Numbered from the stretch's first letter, positions 50,365-64,000 are shown. The stretch: DNA of 64,000 nt from Rhynchobatus australiae (GCA_034780895.1 JAUZTB010000080.1:16210511-16274510), one strand, 5' to 3'. Notes: generated by a model not told the origin, from the letters alone. Program-made: numbers and translations.

Positions 50365-52340
50365 CTCTAGCTCTATTCTGGTCATCACATTATAACATTT
50401 GCATGGTAGAGGGTGCACAGATTTACTAGGACATAATTTTAGCTATAAACTTGGATTGTTTTATTTTAAACAGAGGCAGCTGAGGGGAGACTTAATTGAA
50501 ATAAATAAAATTGAGGGATCTTGGTGTGTATAGAAAGGAAGTATTTCCCTTAATTGAGTGGTCACAAACTAGGGGGTGGGTGAAAAGGAATAGATAGATG
50601 GATTGAGGGGAGATAAAGAAAAATGTTTTTACTCAGAGGGTGGTGGGAATATGGAGCTCACTGCCTGAGAGGATGGTGAAGGTAAAGGCCTTCAACACAT
50701 TGAAAAAGTACTTGGATATGTACTTGAAGAGCCCTGACCCGAAGGGTTACAGACACAATGCTGCAAATAGATGAGTCAGCTTTTCTACCTGCACAGACAC
50801 AATGGGATATGAATGGTGGCCTTCAGTGCTGTAAATTTTCAATGATTGCATTGATCAGGCTTTAAAATATTGAAGTGATCTCACTGAAGTAAACAAGATT
50901 CTGAGAAAACTTGGTAGGCTACATGCTGAGAAGTGTTTTCCCCTGACTGGAATGTCTAAAACTCGGTCTTAATATAACAGTCCACCAGTTAAGATTGAGA
51001 TGAGAAATTTCCTCCTTCAGAGGGCTGTGAATGCTCAAGACTATTTACTCTAGAGGGCCAAGGATGTGGAACAATCCAGCATTTTCAAAACAAGAGATTC
51101 TTGGGCTTCACAGAAAAATTCTGGAATTCCCTCCTCAAAGTTATTGCAAAAGTACCTTTGTAGTACAAGCTGTAACAGCTCAGGGTGGGAGTTTACCACT
51201 AAAGGGTAATTAGAAATTGGTAATAAACACTAACCTTCCCAGTGATGCCCATATCCCATGAATGAGTGGGTGGAAAAGTGGAGGTGATATCAAGAATCAG
51301 CTACGATTCAATGGCAAAGGAGATTTACCGAATCAGATAAAAATATATATGGAAAGGAATATCACCTGCTCCCTTGTGTCTTTCCCACCATTCAGTAAGA
51401 TCGTAGCTGCTTATCTCAGTACTACTTTCCTGCACTAACNNNNNNNNNNATAGTGACCAATCCTCTGCAACCAAGTACAGAATTCTAAGGATTTACTACC
51501 CTGCAGATGAAGAAACTACTCCTCTGTCCTGAATGTCTGACTCCATATTTTGAGACTGTGACCCGTTTCTAGACACCCCAGGAGTGGTACATTAACTCCA
51601 CTCTACCATGTCAAGCCCCTAAACAATTTTGGAGGTTTCAACAAGATTACAACTCAGTCTAACTCTGAAGATTACAGGCCCAGTGCGCTTAACCTCTTCC
51701 TATGCAACAAACTTACCACCCGCAGGAATCAATCGGATAAACCTTCACTGCACTCCCTCTATCATAAATATATCCTTCCTTAGGTGGTACATAATATTCC
51801 ACATTCAGCCTAACCAGGGCTCTATACAAGTGGAGCAAAACATTTCTACTCTTGCAGCAAAGGCCTACACCTAGTTACCTGCCACGTACCTGCATGCGAT
51901 TAAGTGATTTGTATATGAGGTTTGTCTGAACACAAAAATCTTTCAATCTTACACCATTTAATAAAGATGCTATTTTCCTATTATATGGTTCACTCCTGCT
52001 CTATTCCTTTGCATTGTGTCTCTTTGCAGCTCCCTAAACCCATTTATGATATTTACTGTGGCTCACAATTTATTGTAATCTGTAACCCTGGATATACCGT
52101 TCTCTTTCCTTCAAAAGATTTACACACATGCTCAACAACAGAAGCTTCAAAACAGCAGTTGCCAATATACTGGAGTACATCCATTTATTCCAACTATCTG
52201 TTAACCAATTACCAGCCCGTCTCAAGGTAAACTCCAATTCCAGAAGCTTTTACCAATAGCTTTTTGTGTGGACCCCTTTCAAATGTCCTTTGGAAATTCA
52301 TACTGAATACAAACATTCTCCTATACAACTGGTTAGTGAC
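50365..52340. mobile_element. Cluster of decayed CR1 3' fragments, both strands
   Basis: ctgaggggagacttaattga, tttactcagagggtggtggga..tggagctcactgcctga, plus minus-strand copies at 51370-52340. Confidence 0.7.
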
Positions 52341-54109
52341 CATCTTGAAAAACTATATACTCAAGACAGAAACAAACTGCCCTCTACAAATGTGTACAAC
52401 TTTATTACCTTGTATTTGTTTACCTGTTTGCAGTCATTAAGGCTGGTGATANNNNNNNNNNNNNNNNNNNNNNNNNNTCCCCTCCACCCTTCTTAGATAT
52501 AACTTAAAATTTAGTCCAATTTTCAAGCCTATATGTTTTAATCCCAAAGAGGGAGAATAAACAAGATTATTTTTCATTAATTAAATCAGCCAGATTTTAG
52601 ATACTTGAGAAATTCTGATGGGACATGAGAAATCTCATCTATTCTGGTCTAGCATCAAAAAAACTGTGAGAAAACAACATTTAAAAGAGTGACAGACCCA
52701 CAACCACCAGCACTGCACCCTAGTATGAAAAAGTGACAATATGCTGCTCTACATTTACAAACTGGTACCTACAGCCTTAGGCAGCCCATCTTAGTACAGT
52801 CAACTGCATCAATGGAAAGCACATTTACAATTCATAGCCATCAGAAACTGTCAGCTTGTCAACGGCCACGTGGGCCCAGGGCCAGGGGAGAGGTGGAGGA
52901 ATGTGGGGCTCCACTGCACTTTGCTAGGATGGACTCTGCATTGCACGGCACTGACAAGGCACACACAATAATAGGCTCTGATTAAAATGAGTGCCCAACA
53001 CTGGGGCTACGACAGAAAATGAGCACCCACAGAAAACCTGCAAAAAGCAACTGGAGCAAAGACTAACCTTGTAGGGCACACAGATCGCCATACACCAAGG
53101 AAGAGCAAGTGTACACATCTCCTTTTGTAAGAGTACTGATAAAAGCCAAATATCAAATTCAAGATGTTTTTTTTAAAAGATGAAACATGTCAAATGGGCT
53201 TGGACAAAGTGCATGACCGACTCTATGGCCATCCAGCCTCTACAGCTTGTTCTGTGCAATTAGATCGAACTGACTCGCAAACTCCTTACTCTTTGATATT
53301 TCTCGAAATTTGCTTAATGAATATCAATCTTGAAAACTCCTACTGACTCCTCCAAAATGGAGGATAGTATTCCAGATTTTCAACAATTTGTGTGTGAAAA
53401 AATGTTTCCCAATTTCAATCCTGAATACTGTACTCTAATATTTGTCAGGGCTTTGCCACCAGAGGAAATAGGATCTACTCTATCAATTGTTTAATATTTT
53501 AAGTCTTTGATTACCTCTCATCATGCCTTCTCACGTTGTACTTCATTTTCCATTGCTTTGCACACTGTCTAATCTATTATAGGTAGGATTAGTAATATGT
53601 ATAGACTAAAGACATTGATATTGTACTCCTTGGAGGAGAAGGCTAAGAGATTTGATTGCTGTTTTCAAATCCTGCAGTTTTTTGAGAAAAGGAAACCACT
53701 TCCAATGGTTAAAGGGCAGAAAACTTAAGGGAACTGATTGAAGGAGACTGGGTAAAAAACAGAAACAGAATGAGAAACAGCTTTTTCTAACACAGTTAAC
53801 AGCTGGGATTTAGATGCTCTGAATTTACATCCAACTTAGCAAAGAATAACCTTCAAAAAGAAACTGGATAACTGTTTGGAAAAATAATTGCAGGATAATA
53901 GGGAAAAAAAGTGAGTAGGGTTAACTGGATTTCCCTTTGAAAGAGTTAGGCTGACTCTTTGAGCTGAGTGGCCTCTTCTGGTGCTGTAATATTCTTTAAT
54001 TTTATGACCCTTTCAAAGCTCAATTCCATCTACCTACATTGGCATACAACTCATCCCCATCAACAATTCTGGATGTGCAATTTCCCATTCCTCATCAACT
54101 AATCATCTG

Positions 54110-54760
54110 TCATTGACATAGCATAGTTGAATCCCCACCATCAATATCCTGCAGCTCCACCATTGATGAGAAACTCAACTAGACCAGCCACATAAATACT
54201 GCGATGATGGAGCAGCTCAGAGGTTGGATATACCTCAGCAAAAGACTCAAGGCCTAACAACCCAAAGCCTTTCCAGCAACTATAAGTCACAAGTCAAGAG
54301 TGTAATGGAACACTCTCCACTTGCCTGAATGAGGACAGATCCAATAACAATCATCCAGGACAAAGCAGTCCACTTGACTGGCATCTCATCAACCACAGTA
54401 AGCATTCATTCCCTCTATTACTGTTGCACAATGGCTGCCATCTACACTACAGTTTCTTGCCTAGGCTTCTCCAACACCACCTCCTAAACCTGCAACATAT
54501 ACCAGCTTGAAGGACAAGGGCATCAAGGACATGGGGACACCACCACCTGCAGTTTCCCATTCAAGTCACGCACCATGCTTAATTGGAAATAGATTGCTAA
54601 ACTTTCATTGCCACTAGGTCCAAATTATGGAATTCCTTATCCAACAGCACCGTGGAAGTACCCTCACTTTGTAGGTCTGCAGCAGTTTAAGGCAGAAGCT
54701 CACCACTGACTTCTCAAGGCCAATTAGGCCTTGCCAGTGCAAGCCATATCCCCAATAATG
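54110..54760 (+). mobile_element. CR1/L2-group LINE 3' end
   Basis: YKSQVKSVMEHSPLA..IQDKAVHL. Reverse-complement similarity to 10415-10925. Confidence 0.7.
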
Positions 54761-55499
54761 ACTAAAATGTTCATAAATATGGCAAAATATTAAGGCCTTA
54801 GAACACATCACTAGGAGCATTTATCATTTATCCCCATCCAAACTCCCTGCATGCCATCCCCAAATCAACTTCCAACCCAAGTCAAAGCATTTATAACTAA
54901 CTTGAATGAAGGTGAGGCATAGTTGTTTAACTGGCTAAAGAAAAAAATAAGTCTGAAAGTTAGTTGTGAAGAGAAGACAAGGAGTCTACAAAGGTTAAAT
55001 GATTGGGCAAAGATCTAGAAATGGAGTATAATATGTAAAAATATAAAATTATCCAGGAAAATTGAAAGAGCACATTATACAAATAATGAGAGATCACAGA
55101 GCTCTGAGGTGCAGAGGGATCNNNNNNNNNNNNNNNNNNNNNNNNCCCTGCATTATTTGTGAAGGGGTTTGTGGGGGGGGGGGTTGCAGTGAGGAGAGAC
55201 AAGGGTTGCATTCCTAGGGAACAATGCGTAATGTGATTTTCTGTAATGTGAAGCCACACCATCTGCACACGCACAAAATAATGCATGCTTAAAACAAAGC
55301 GTTTATTTACTTTTTCCCTCTGCGTAAAGAACTAATTTTTATTTGTATTCCATACTTTTTTTGGTAGTGATTTGTGAATTCTGCAAGGACAAATTTCTGT
55401 TAGCCGAACTGCCATAAAGTTTTTTTTGGTGGGGTGGGGGTCACCTATATGCGGGTACAGCAAGTAATTAGCAAAGTAATAACACAACCCCTCTATTTT

Positions 55500-56075
55500 T
55501 GTACTTTGATTATAAAGGGCAATAAACTGTATCTAGTATTCCAGCATATCTGGAATACTGGATACAGCATTGGTCATCTTATTTAAGTAAGGCTGGTTAA
55601 TGCATTGAAAGTTTATATGGTTACCACATTGATACCTGGATTATGACTTAGGAGGCATGGTTGGACAGACTAGGCTTGTATTCACTGGAGTTCAAATGAA
55701 TGAGAGAGGATTTGATTGAAGCATTATAACATCCTGAAAAGTCTGGACTAGGTGGATGTGGAAAAGATGCTTCCTCCCATAGAGAATCTAGGACAAGGAG
55801 TCACTGTTTAACAAAACAAGGGTCACCCAATAAAGACGGATGAGGTGAAATATTTTGAGGATTATGAGTCATTGGAGCTCTTCCTCACAAGGCAGTGGAA
55901 GTAAAGTTTTTCGATATTTTTAAGAGGTAAATAGATTCTTAAAAGAGAACATGAAAGGTACTAGGGCAAACAGGAATGTGGAATTCCTGATTAGCCAGAT
56001 TAGCCATGATTGTATCCTAGAGTGGAGCAAATCTGAGGGCTGAGTTGCCAACTCCTGCTCCCAATTCCTATGTTC
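55500..56075 (+). mobile_element. Decayed CR1 3' fragment
   Basis: HLEYW..HWSSYL, gatttgattgaagcat, and a 3' tail gagggctgag..ctcctgctcc. Confidence 0.65.
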
Positions 56076-59000
56076 ATCTTACCACCAAGTCTACACATGC
56101 TTTTGCTGTTTTTCTTGCATGGAATCTAACACCATCAGAAAATCCAAGGCGGCAACTATAGACACTTTCTTTGCCCTGGTAGTGACCCCCTTGGAAGATT
56201 TAGCTACATTAGTCAATTTCCTCTTGGTCTCCTTAAATCTATTCATACAAGTTTCCTATCCTTCAACTAATGACATTTCTCTATCTGTACCTTCCAAAAC
56301 CTTCATGATTCTGAACATCACTATCACATATCTTAGCTGGATCTACTCTAAGGAGAACAAAGCCAACATCTTCCATCCATCCACATAACTAATCCTTCTG
56401 AAAAAGCTATATTAAGACAGTGGACAAAACAATGGAAATGGAGTTCAGTGAGAGAAAGCAGGATACTGCTCATTTAGAACCTATAGAAAAAGTGAAATCT
56501 TTTATAAATAGTGAAAAGGTAGATGCTGCAAAGGAGCCTGACTTTGTGGATCTCAATATATTCATCACTAGATGTTGGCTCTCTACTCATCAATTTTTGT
56601 TCAAATGCTCAGCCATTCTGATACAAGGTTAGAACAGACCCTTCAGACCAACATTCTTATCCTGATTCTCTGAAAGAACTATCCAATTAGTCCCACTACC
56701 CCCCCACTTCCAACCTAATCCTGTAAATCTGCCAATTCCCTTTTGAAAGTTTCTGCTGAATCTGCTTCTGCCATCCTTTCAACCAGTACATTCCAGATCA
56801 TAACTTACTGTACAAAATAAACCATCTTTACCTTTGGTTCCTTTACAGATTAGCTTAAATCAGCACCCTCTGATCACTGAGAGACATGCCTATGGAAACG
56901 TTTACTGAGCTTTCAAATTTGAAAACATGCACTAATTCATTCCTTAAACTTCTCTGTTCCAAAGAGAATAGTTTTTCCAAATGGAGCAGAGGTTTCATAG
57001 AAGTACAAGATCATAATGGGTTCAGAGAGGGCAAATGAAGGGCAACTGCTCCAATTAGTAAATGCTTAAAGGAATACGGATTCAAAGAAACGGACAAAAG
57101 ACTGGTAGGTGGAAGGTGGGGATCAGGGCAGTGGCAGGATAGTGAAGAAAATCTTTAATGATCAGGAATTCATTGTCTGTAAAGGCAACAGGAATAGTTC
57201 AGAATCAAAAGGAACTAAACAGGCCCTTGAAGGAAAATAACTTTCAGGGAAAAAAACAGGTGAATACTACAGGCAGGATTGATATACTGAATGTGATGTG
57301 ATGAACTGAAAGTAGTAAATGTTCTATGATTCTTAAATCCAAACCTTCATCCCCAGTACCATGCCAATAACGTCCAGTCCACTTTCTCTGATCTTTTGAC
57401 ACCTTTCCCCTAGAGTGGCGTCTCATACAAATTCCATGCACTTTCTATTGTATGGATCTTCATCGCACCTTCAGGAAGTCCAAACAGAAAACTATTGCCC
57501 ATGCCCTATTGGGCATGCAAGTGGCCTCTTCAAAACCAGCAGCTGGCTGAAACAGGCAATGTTCTATCCTTCTCAATCACCAATCCTTCCCAATCAGCTG
57601 ATTCTCATTCAATTGCTCAGATGGCAAATTCACCACCTCTTAACTGACATTGATCTAACAGACCTGCAGTGCACAGTTTCACTCTCTTTTAAACAATGCA
57701 ACATCAGCAGCGTATGTTCAATCAACAGGCAAAACTCTGATTTTTCCTTTGAAACCTTTGAAAAATCATGACTAACATTTGGAAATTCCTCAGCTACTAC
57801 TTTTATCCTCAGGATGGACACCAGACTCTGGAGTGTGTTTACTATGACCATTTATATACTTGAGAGTTTAGTGTCAAGGGAGTGCTACAATTTTGGAACT
57901 ACCAACTTTCAACCGGCATATTAAAAAAGACCCATTTGTCCTCTCAGATGGATTCAAAATATCCCATAGCAATATGCCCTGAAATCAATATTTTGGTTTT
58001 CCAACACCAGTTCATTGTCTAATATCTTAAAAAATTGCCTTGAGTATACTCAAAAACTTAGCCTCCACAGACTCTTTCAGTAGAGAATTCCAAAGATTTA
58101 ATGGGTGAAGAAGCATCTCATCTGCCCTAAATGGTCAACCTCTTATTTTGAGACTCTGACCCGATTCGAGACACCGCAGCCATCTACCCTGATAAGCCTC
58201 TTAAGAATTTGTACACTTCAAAGAAATTACTCCTCATTCTTCCTGATAACATAGACCAGGTCTGCTGAATCTCTCATCGTGCAACAAACCCATGCTCCCA
58301 GAAATCATTATGGTGAACTTCACAGCGTTCTCTCTATCACAAGGATATCTTTGCTTGGATTTTGTGTTTAGGGGTGGGGAGGGAGTTGAAGAATTTGACA
58401 AAACTAGACATATTCACAATATTCCATATGTGGTTTCGTCAGGGCTCTATATCATTGCAGTAAGACACATACTCAAACCTTCTTGTAATAAAGACTTGTG
58501 TAGCATTTGTTTCTAACTGCACGTTGTACCTACACGTTAACCTTCAGTGATTCATGTATGACACCAAGATGCTCTCAACACCACCTTTCAATCCCTCACC
58601 AGTTAAAAAATATTTCACCTTTCCACTTTTTCTACCAAAGCAAATGACCTTCTCCTTCACCATTTACCACATCCTCCCACATTTCCCTGATACCTCTCTA
58701 CATCCTCCTCATTACCCACATAATCAACTTCTGTATCATCAGCAAAACTTGTGCAATTACAAAGTGACTACAAACAGTTCCAATTGCAGAAAAGCATCCT
58801 GGAGATCTGAAATGTACTACTTCGATGGTAGCCTCTCAAACACCAAGAAGGATCAGATTACCAGTTTTTCAACCCATAAGGCTTACTTTCGTAACCTGCA
58901 TTTTCTTTGTTTTATCCCTTAAAACTAAGCTTTGTAGTATCAGTGAGCTGCAGGGGTTTGCAGGAATGGAGAGCCAAGAAAGGTGAGAGGCCAGATTTTT

Positions 59001-60054
59001 TTTGGGGGCGGGTTGTATTTTATGGCACAGGAGTGGATTGGGGGGGGGCTCTAAGAAGAACTGGAGAAAGGAAGATAATGCAGGCCAGGAGCAGTAAGGA
59101 AAAGATTGTAGTGGTGAGTTTTCATGGTTTTTTTTGGGAGTCTGGGGGGAGAAGGGGAAATTATGGGACAGTTTTGAGCAAGAAGGGGCAAGGTCATAAG
59201 GCTGGGTATGTGGGGNNNNNNNNNNNNNNNNNNNNNNNNNNNNNNNNNNNNNNNNNNNNNNNNNNNNNNNNNNNNNNNNNNNNNNNNNNNNNNNNNNNNN
59301 NNNNNNNNNNNNNNNNNNNNNNNNNNNNNNNNNNNNNNNNNNNNNNNNNNNNNNNNNNNNNNNNNNNNNNNNNNNNNNNNNNNNNNNNNNNNNNNNNNNN
59401 NNNNNNNNNNNNNNNNNNNNNNNNNNNNNNNNNNNNNNNNNNNNNNNNNNNNNNNNNNNNNNNNNNNNNNNNNNNNNNNNNNNNNNNNNNNNNNNNNNNN
59501 NNNNNNNNNNNNNNNNNNNNNNNNNNNNNNNNNNNNNNNNNNNNNNNNNNNNNNNNNNNNNNNNNNNNNNNNNNNNNNNNNNNNNNNNNNNNNNNNNNNN
59601 NNNNNNNNNNNNNNNNNNNNNNNNNNNNNNNNNNNNNNNNNNNNNNNNNNNNNNNNNNNNNNNNNNNNNNNNNNNNNNNNNNNNNNNNNNNNNNNNNNNN
59701 NNNNNNNNNNNNNNNNNNNNNNNNNNNNNNNNNNNNNNNNNNNNNNNNNNNNNNNNNNNNNNNNNNNNNNNNNNNNNNNNNNNNNNNNNNNNNNNNNNNN
59801 NNNNNNNNNNNNNNNNNNNNNNNNNNNNNNNNNNNNNNNNNNNNNNNNNNNNNNNNNNNNNNNNNNNNNNNNNNNNNNNNNNNNNNNNNNNNNNNNNNNN
59901 NNNNNNNNNNNNNNNNNNNNNNNNNNNNNNNNNNNNNNNNNNNNNNNNNNNNNNNNNNNNNNNNNNNNNNNNNNNNNNNNNNGGGGGGGGGGGGGAGCGG
60001 CCGCTCGCCCCAGCCCCCTCGCCCTCGCCCCCGCCCCCGTCGTCCGGTACTCAC

Positions 60055-60140
60055 CGCCGCTCGTGCCGCCTCCAGTCCCGCTCGCGCTCCCCCTCCCGCG
60101 GCGCCGCCGCCGCCGCTGCTCCGCGTCACGTGACGCCGCC
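60055..60140 (-). other. TCF20: Putative non-coding exon 1 of TCF20
   Basis: A minus-strand donor GCG|GTGAGT (actcac at 60049-60054) sits inside the only promoter-like CpG island upstream of the coding exon, with GCC-rich 5'UTR-like sequence. The 5' end is unknown. Confidence 0.65.
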
Positions 60141-60218
60141 GCCGCTCCCAGACCCGACTGGCCGCGCGTCGCTCGCGGGCCCCCAATCCCCTCCAGTGCG
60201 CTGCGCTCGGGCGGGTCC

Positions 60219-60310
60219 GAGCTGTCCATCACCGGCGGGGCGGGGCGGGGCAGAGCTGTCCATCACCGGCGGGGCGGGGCCGAGCTGTCCATCACCGGCG
60301 GGGCGGGGGC
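60219..60310 (+). repeat. 3x tandem GAGCTGTCCATCACCGGCGGGGCGGGG unit
   Basis: Near-identical copies start at 60219, 60253 and 60282. Confidence 0.95.
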
Positions 60311-61704
60311 CGCGGTCCCCACCGGAATGCAACACTGGCAGCGCTTCTCCGACAGGCTCCCGGTCTGCCGTGTTGTTGCCGTCTTACACCACCACCCCCC
60401 TCCCCCGATGCAGTTTCAGTGCCCACATTTGCATTGGGAACTAAATGCATAAACTTACCTTACAAAAAGGTGCATTGGTGTTGGTGGGTGCGGTGCAATT
60501 ATTGCCAGGGGTCAAAATATTATGTGCAGAGGTTGCATAAACGAGGCTAGGGTTTTTTTTTGGTTTCTAGTAGGTTAAGGGTGTTGTCATCAAGGGATTT
60601 GAGCGAGGTGGAATGAGGCGAGAGAGCAACTTTGATTCCGGAGCAGGGAGCATAGGGAGACGATTTTTCAGGGCGACCTTCTCTCACACAAAGGGTAGTG
60701 GAGAGCTAGAACTCTGCCCCCAAAATACTACGGAAGCTGGGGGCGGTTTTCCGCTTCTAGGGTTGAAAGTTTTGGTCGGGTAAAGGTATAAAGTGAAGTG
60801 CAGTTGAGGCACAGACCTGCCAGGGTTTAATGGAGTGGGCAAGGCAGGGGAAGGGCTGGGTGGCCTATTCCAATGTTCCTGGAATTACGCTCTACCTTCA
60901 ATGGGCAGACCAACGTGGAATGAGATCAATTGAGAGGATCTCTCAGTCTCTCTGCTTCTCATTTCTCTCTATCGTTTGCTTCTCTTTCTGCTGGTCTGTG
61001 CAAAACCCCAGATCCTTGCATTTTCTAAATCCTCAGGTGGTGTCTCTCCTTAAATAGCTAGTGGGGGCAGGTTCGATGGTTAACTTTCAAAAAGGATCTG
61101 GATAAATAACTGGGGGGGGGGCGGGCGCGGTTGGCTCATATTTATAGAGCCACACTTTCGAAATCACCAAATCTCCAGCAGCACCTCAGAGACACTGAAG
61201 TACTGATAGAGCATCATTACAATTGTCATGCCAAAACCACAACCGACAAACATCACCCAGCAAAAGCTGCCACAAGCAGCAATGTGGTAGCAATTACAGG
61301 ATTAACTTGTTAGTGATTGAGGGATAAATATCAGTCAGAACAAAAGGGTAAACTTGCTCATCCTGCTAATGAAATAGAAAAGTGGGATCTCGGGCATTTC
61401 CGAGAGAGTATACCTTCTGTCTGCACAGTACACTCCAGCAGCTCAGCCCCAGGAGTGTCACCTGCCCAAGTCCCTGTGGTGAAACCTGTTATTCTCTGAG
61501 TCAAGGAACCCACTGAACCACAGGAAGAAACGTTGATAGGGCTGTGGAGAGAGAGGGGGTGGTTCTCATTGAATGCAGCACAAGAGGTGGCAGAAGCACA
61601 AGGAACTAAACTGGTCTAGAACTTGAGTCTGTTAACCTGTCTCCTTGTGCCTCTCTTAATCTGCTATCAGATAGTTTGGGTTAATGGGGAGACCTGCCTG
61701 GAAC

Positions 61705-61895
61705 ACAGGGATGAAGAGACACAAGGGAGTGCGGACACTGGAATTTGGAACAATATGCTGGAGGAACTCAGTGGGCCAGGCAGCATCTATGGAGGGAAAT
61801 GGACAGTCAACATTTAGGGGCACATTCAGATGAAGGGGTCTGGATACAAAACATCAACTGTCCACATCCCTCCACAGATGCTGCCTGACCCGNNN
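61705..61895. mobile_element. Foldback Penelope-pLTR element
   Basis: ccaggcagcatctatggaggga..tggacagtcaacattt is inverted against aaaacatcaactgtccacatccctccacagatgctgcctg. Confidence 0.7.
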
Positions 61896-62559
61896 NNNNN
61901 NNNNNNNNNNNNNNNNNNNNNNNNNNNNNNNNNNNNNNNNNNNNNNNNNNNNNNNNNNATGGAATCCATGTGCTGGACAACAAGGCATCATCAAAGGAGC
62001 CAAATTGAGGGCCAGTACCCGGAACCATGACAGTTAGCAAGAAACCTTTCAAAACATCTATCTGTCTCAGCTTGAGTGCTCACCCCGACTTCAGCAAAGG
62101 GGGGGGGGGGAGAGTTCCAGGGCATGACAACCCCAGGGGGCTGAGAGAGATAGAAGACGTGAAGCTGTTAGGTGAATAGAATCATGGAAACATTATGACA
62201 CAGAAGGCCATTCAGCCCGTCGTGTTTGTGTCAGTTAAAAATAGAAGAGCGGACTGGCAAGCAACTTGAAACAGAATCAAAAACCTTCCATAGGCATAAA
62301 TAATAAACAATTTCATATTCAGAGGCTCAAAATAAGCTACTTGCTTTTGTACTATGCATCTCTAGAAGGGCCATATGCTTTTTTAAAAAAATACTTTCCA
62401 AATACATGTGCAGTTAACATCGGAAAATTCTATGCACAAACACTTTGGTCTTGTTCTTCCTGAACAGCCTCTTCAGAGCTGCACCTTTTATATCCCCTCT
62501 CTTCATTCTTCCTACTGACATACACTACCGTACGCCTGTCTGAGTTAAATTTCACCCGC

Positions 62560-62865
62560 CACGGCTGTCTTCTCCTTCTACGCCTCTCATAATCTTATAA
62601 ACCTCCCTCAGGTCTCCCCTCAGCCTCCGCCGCTCCAGGGAAAACAAACCGAGTTTGTCCAGCCTCTCCTCATAGCACATGCCCTCTAATCCTTGCAGCA
62701 TGCTGGTAAACACAGAACACTACAGCACAGTGCAGGCCCCTCACAATGCTGTGCCGACATTTGATCCTGCTCTAAGATCTATCTGACCCTTCCCTCCCAC
62801 ATCGCCCCCCCATTTCTCTATCATTCATGTGTCTATCTAAGAGGCTCTTAAATGTCCCTTGTGTA
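62560..62865 (-). mobile_element. CR1 3' fragments
   Basis: cctctcataatcttataaacctc..caggtctcccctcagcctcc..ccagcctctcctcatag and the tail acagcacagtgcaggccc. Confidence 0.75.
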
Positions 62866-64000
62866 AGTGGATTTCTGGATATCAAGGGATATGAGGACTG
62901 GGCAGGTGCCAAAGTTGGAAGAATAGCCATGACCTTGAATGTTTTGTGCAGTTGCTTGGAAATAGCTTGCCCATGCTTTCTAGCTGATGTGTNNNNNNNN
63001 NNNNNNNNNNNNNNNNNNNNNNNNNNNNNNNNNNNNNNNNNNNNNNNNNNNNNNNNNNNNNNNNNNNNNNNNNNNNNNNNNNNNNNNNNNNNGTGTTCTG
63101 CTCTGAAGTTAGAGAAGTGGGGAGTTTGGGAGATGTTACTGGAGGGGGGGGGGCAGGGGAGGGGTGGTGGGAAGGGATGGGCTCATTTCCTGAACTGAAA
63201 GCACGACTGTTAATGGTGAGGCGAACAAAATTGGGAGGTGCCAGAGGCCACCATCGAGGGAATGAGGAAAGCTCGGAGGTTGTGGGGGCTGAAAGAGGTT
63301 GCAAAGATTGGGAAGGGTGAAGCAGTGGTGTGACCCCAATCCGAGGTTGAAATCTGCACTGGAAGTCAATGCAGGTCTTTGGGCAGCGCGGTGGTGGGCG
63401 AAAGGCACTCATGGTGGCCATCCAGGGCTGTATGGGAGTCCAGAGCCAATGATGTTTCGGCAGCTGAAGGCAGAGAGTTAGGGATGGGTGATGGAGATCG
63501 AACCAGGGAGGTGTGTGCTTGGACACTCTCAGAACCATCCACAGTTTCTCCTGGTGCAGAAGGAGAGAGCGGAAGGACCAGCTGTGCAGGGAGAAGACCT
63601 GACCCATGGCATGTGACAACCATGAGCACCTCTGGTTCGACCACATCTAGAGTGCCGAATCCAGTGTGGACCCTGCACCTCAGGAAGCTCACAGTGGCTA
63701 AGAAGGAGTGCGGCACAGATTAATGAGAGTGGCACTGGTGGGAATCCGGGAACTGCCAAAGAGCTCTGGAGACTGGGAGTCAACAGTTTTTGAATGAGAT
63801 TGGCACGATCTTTGACTCGGCTAGAGTATTAAACGTGGTGTCAAGAAGCAGATGAGCCACGACCTGAATGGAGGGCAGAAGAGGAGGTTAGTGAGGCTGC
63901 ACCTGGAGTACTGTGTGTGGTTTTGGTCCAGTTACCCAAGAAAGGATATCATGCATTGGAGACAGTCCAGAGGTCTGGTCGAAGACCCTTCGTCAGACAA

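Larger units (their letters stand above)
59983..60330 (-). promoter_or_regulatory. CpG island / GC-box promoter
   Basis: Very high GC and CpG density, several GGGGCGGGG boxes, and the palindrome GCGTCACGTGACGC at 60123-60136. It adjoins a 767-nt gap typical of GC dropout. Confidence 0.85.

Noticed and set aside
60219-60310. REST/RE1 site or CRISPR-like array
   Set aside because: Only the GGACAGC half of RE1 is present. The repeats lack unique spacers and the context is vertebrate.
58907-60452. Long ORFs of 330-414 aa, and similar ones at 31241-32034 and 38537-38922
   Set aside because: They consist mostly of N-run translation plus GC-rich promoter sequence.

Overview
Eukaryotic, repeat-rich vertebrate DNA from a gapped scaffold. 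The repeat content (V-SINE/HE1-type and Deu-type SINEs, CR1, RTE and Rex1 LINE relics, Penelope-like GIY-YIG relics) points to a cartilaginous fish. The window holds essentially the whole TCF20 gene on the minus strand: a CpG-island promoter and putative non-coding exon 1 at about 60.0-60.3 kb, a ~38 kb first intron, the giant coding exon (ATG 22135 to 17021, with a 100-N gap), 94-, 50- and 87-nt exons, and a terminal 3'UTR exon at about 2.2-2.9 kb. The main unexplained items are: (1) an orphan, intron-retaining three-exon piece of HECTD4 on the plus strand inside TCF20 intron 1, with a GC-AG intron and a mid-exon breakpoint followed by a perfect new splice donor; (2) Penelope-derived minimal hammerhead-ribozyme motifs, plus ~200-bp foldback elements built from them and inserted with short flanking duplications; (3) a triplicated motif module in the promoter. 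Gene identities come from recalled similarity to the human proteins, not from a database search. Repeat boundaries are approximate.
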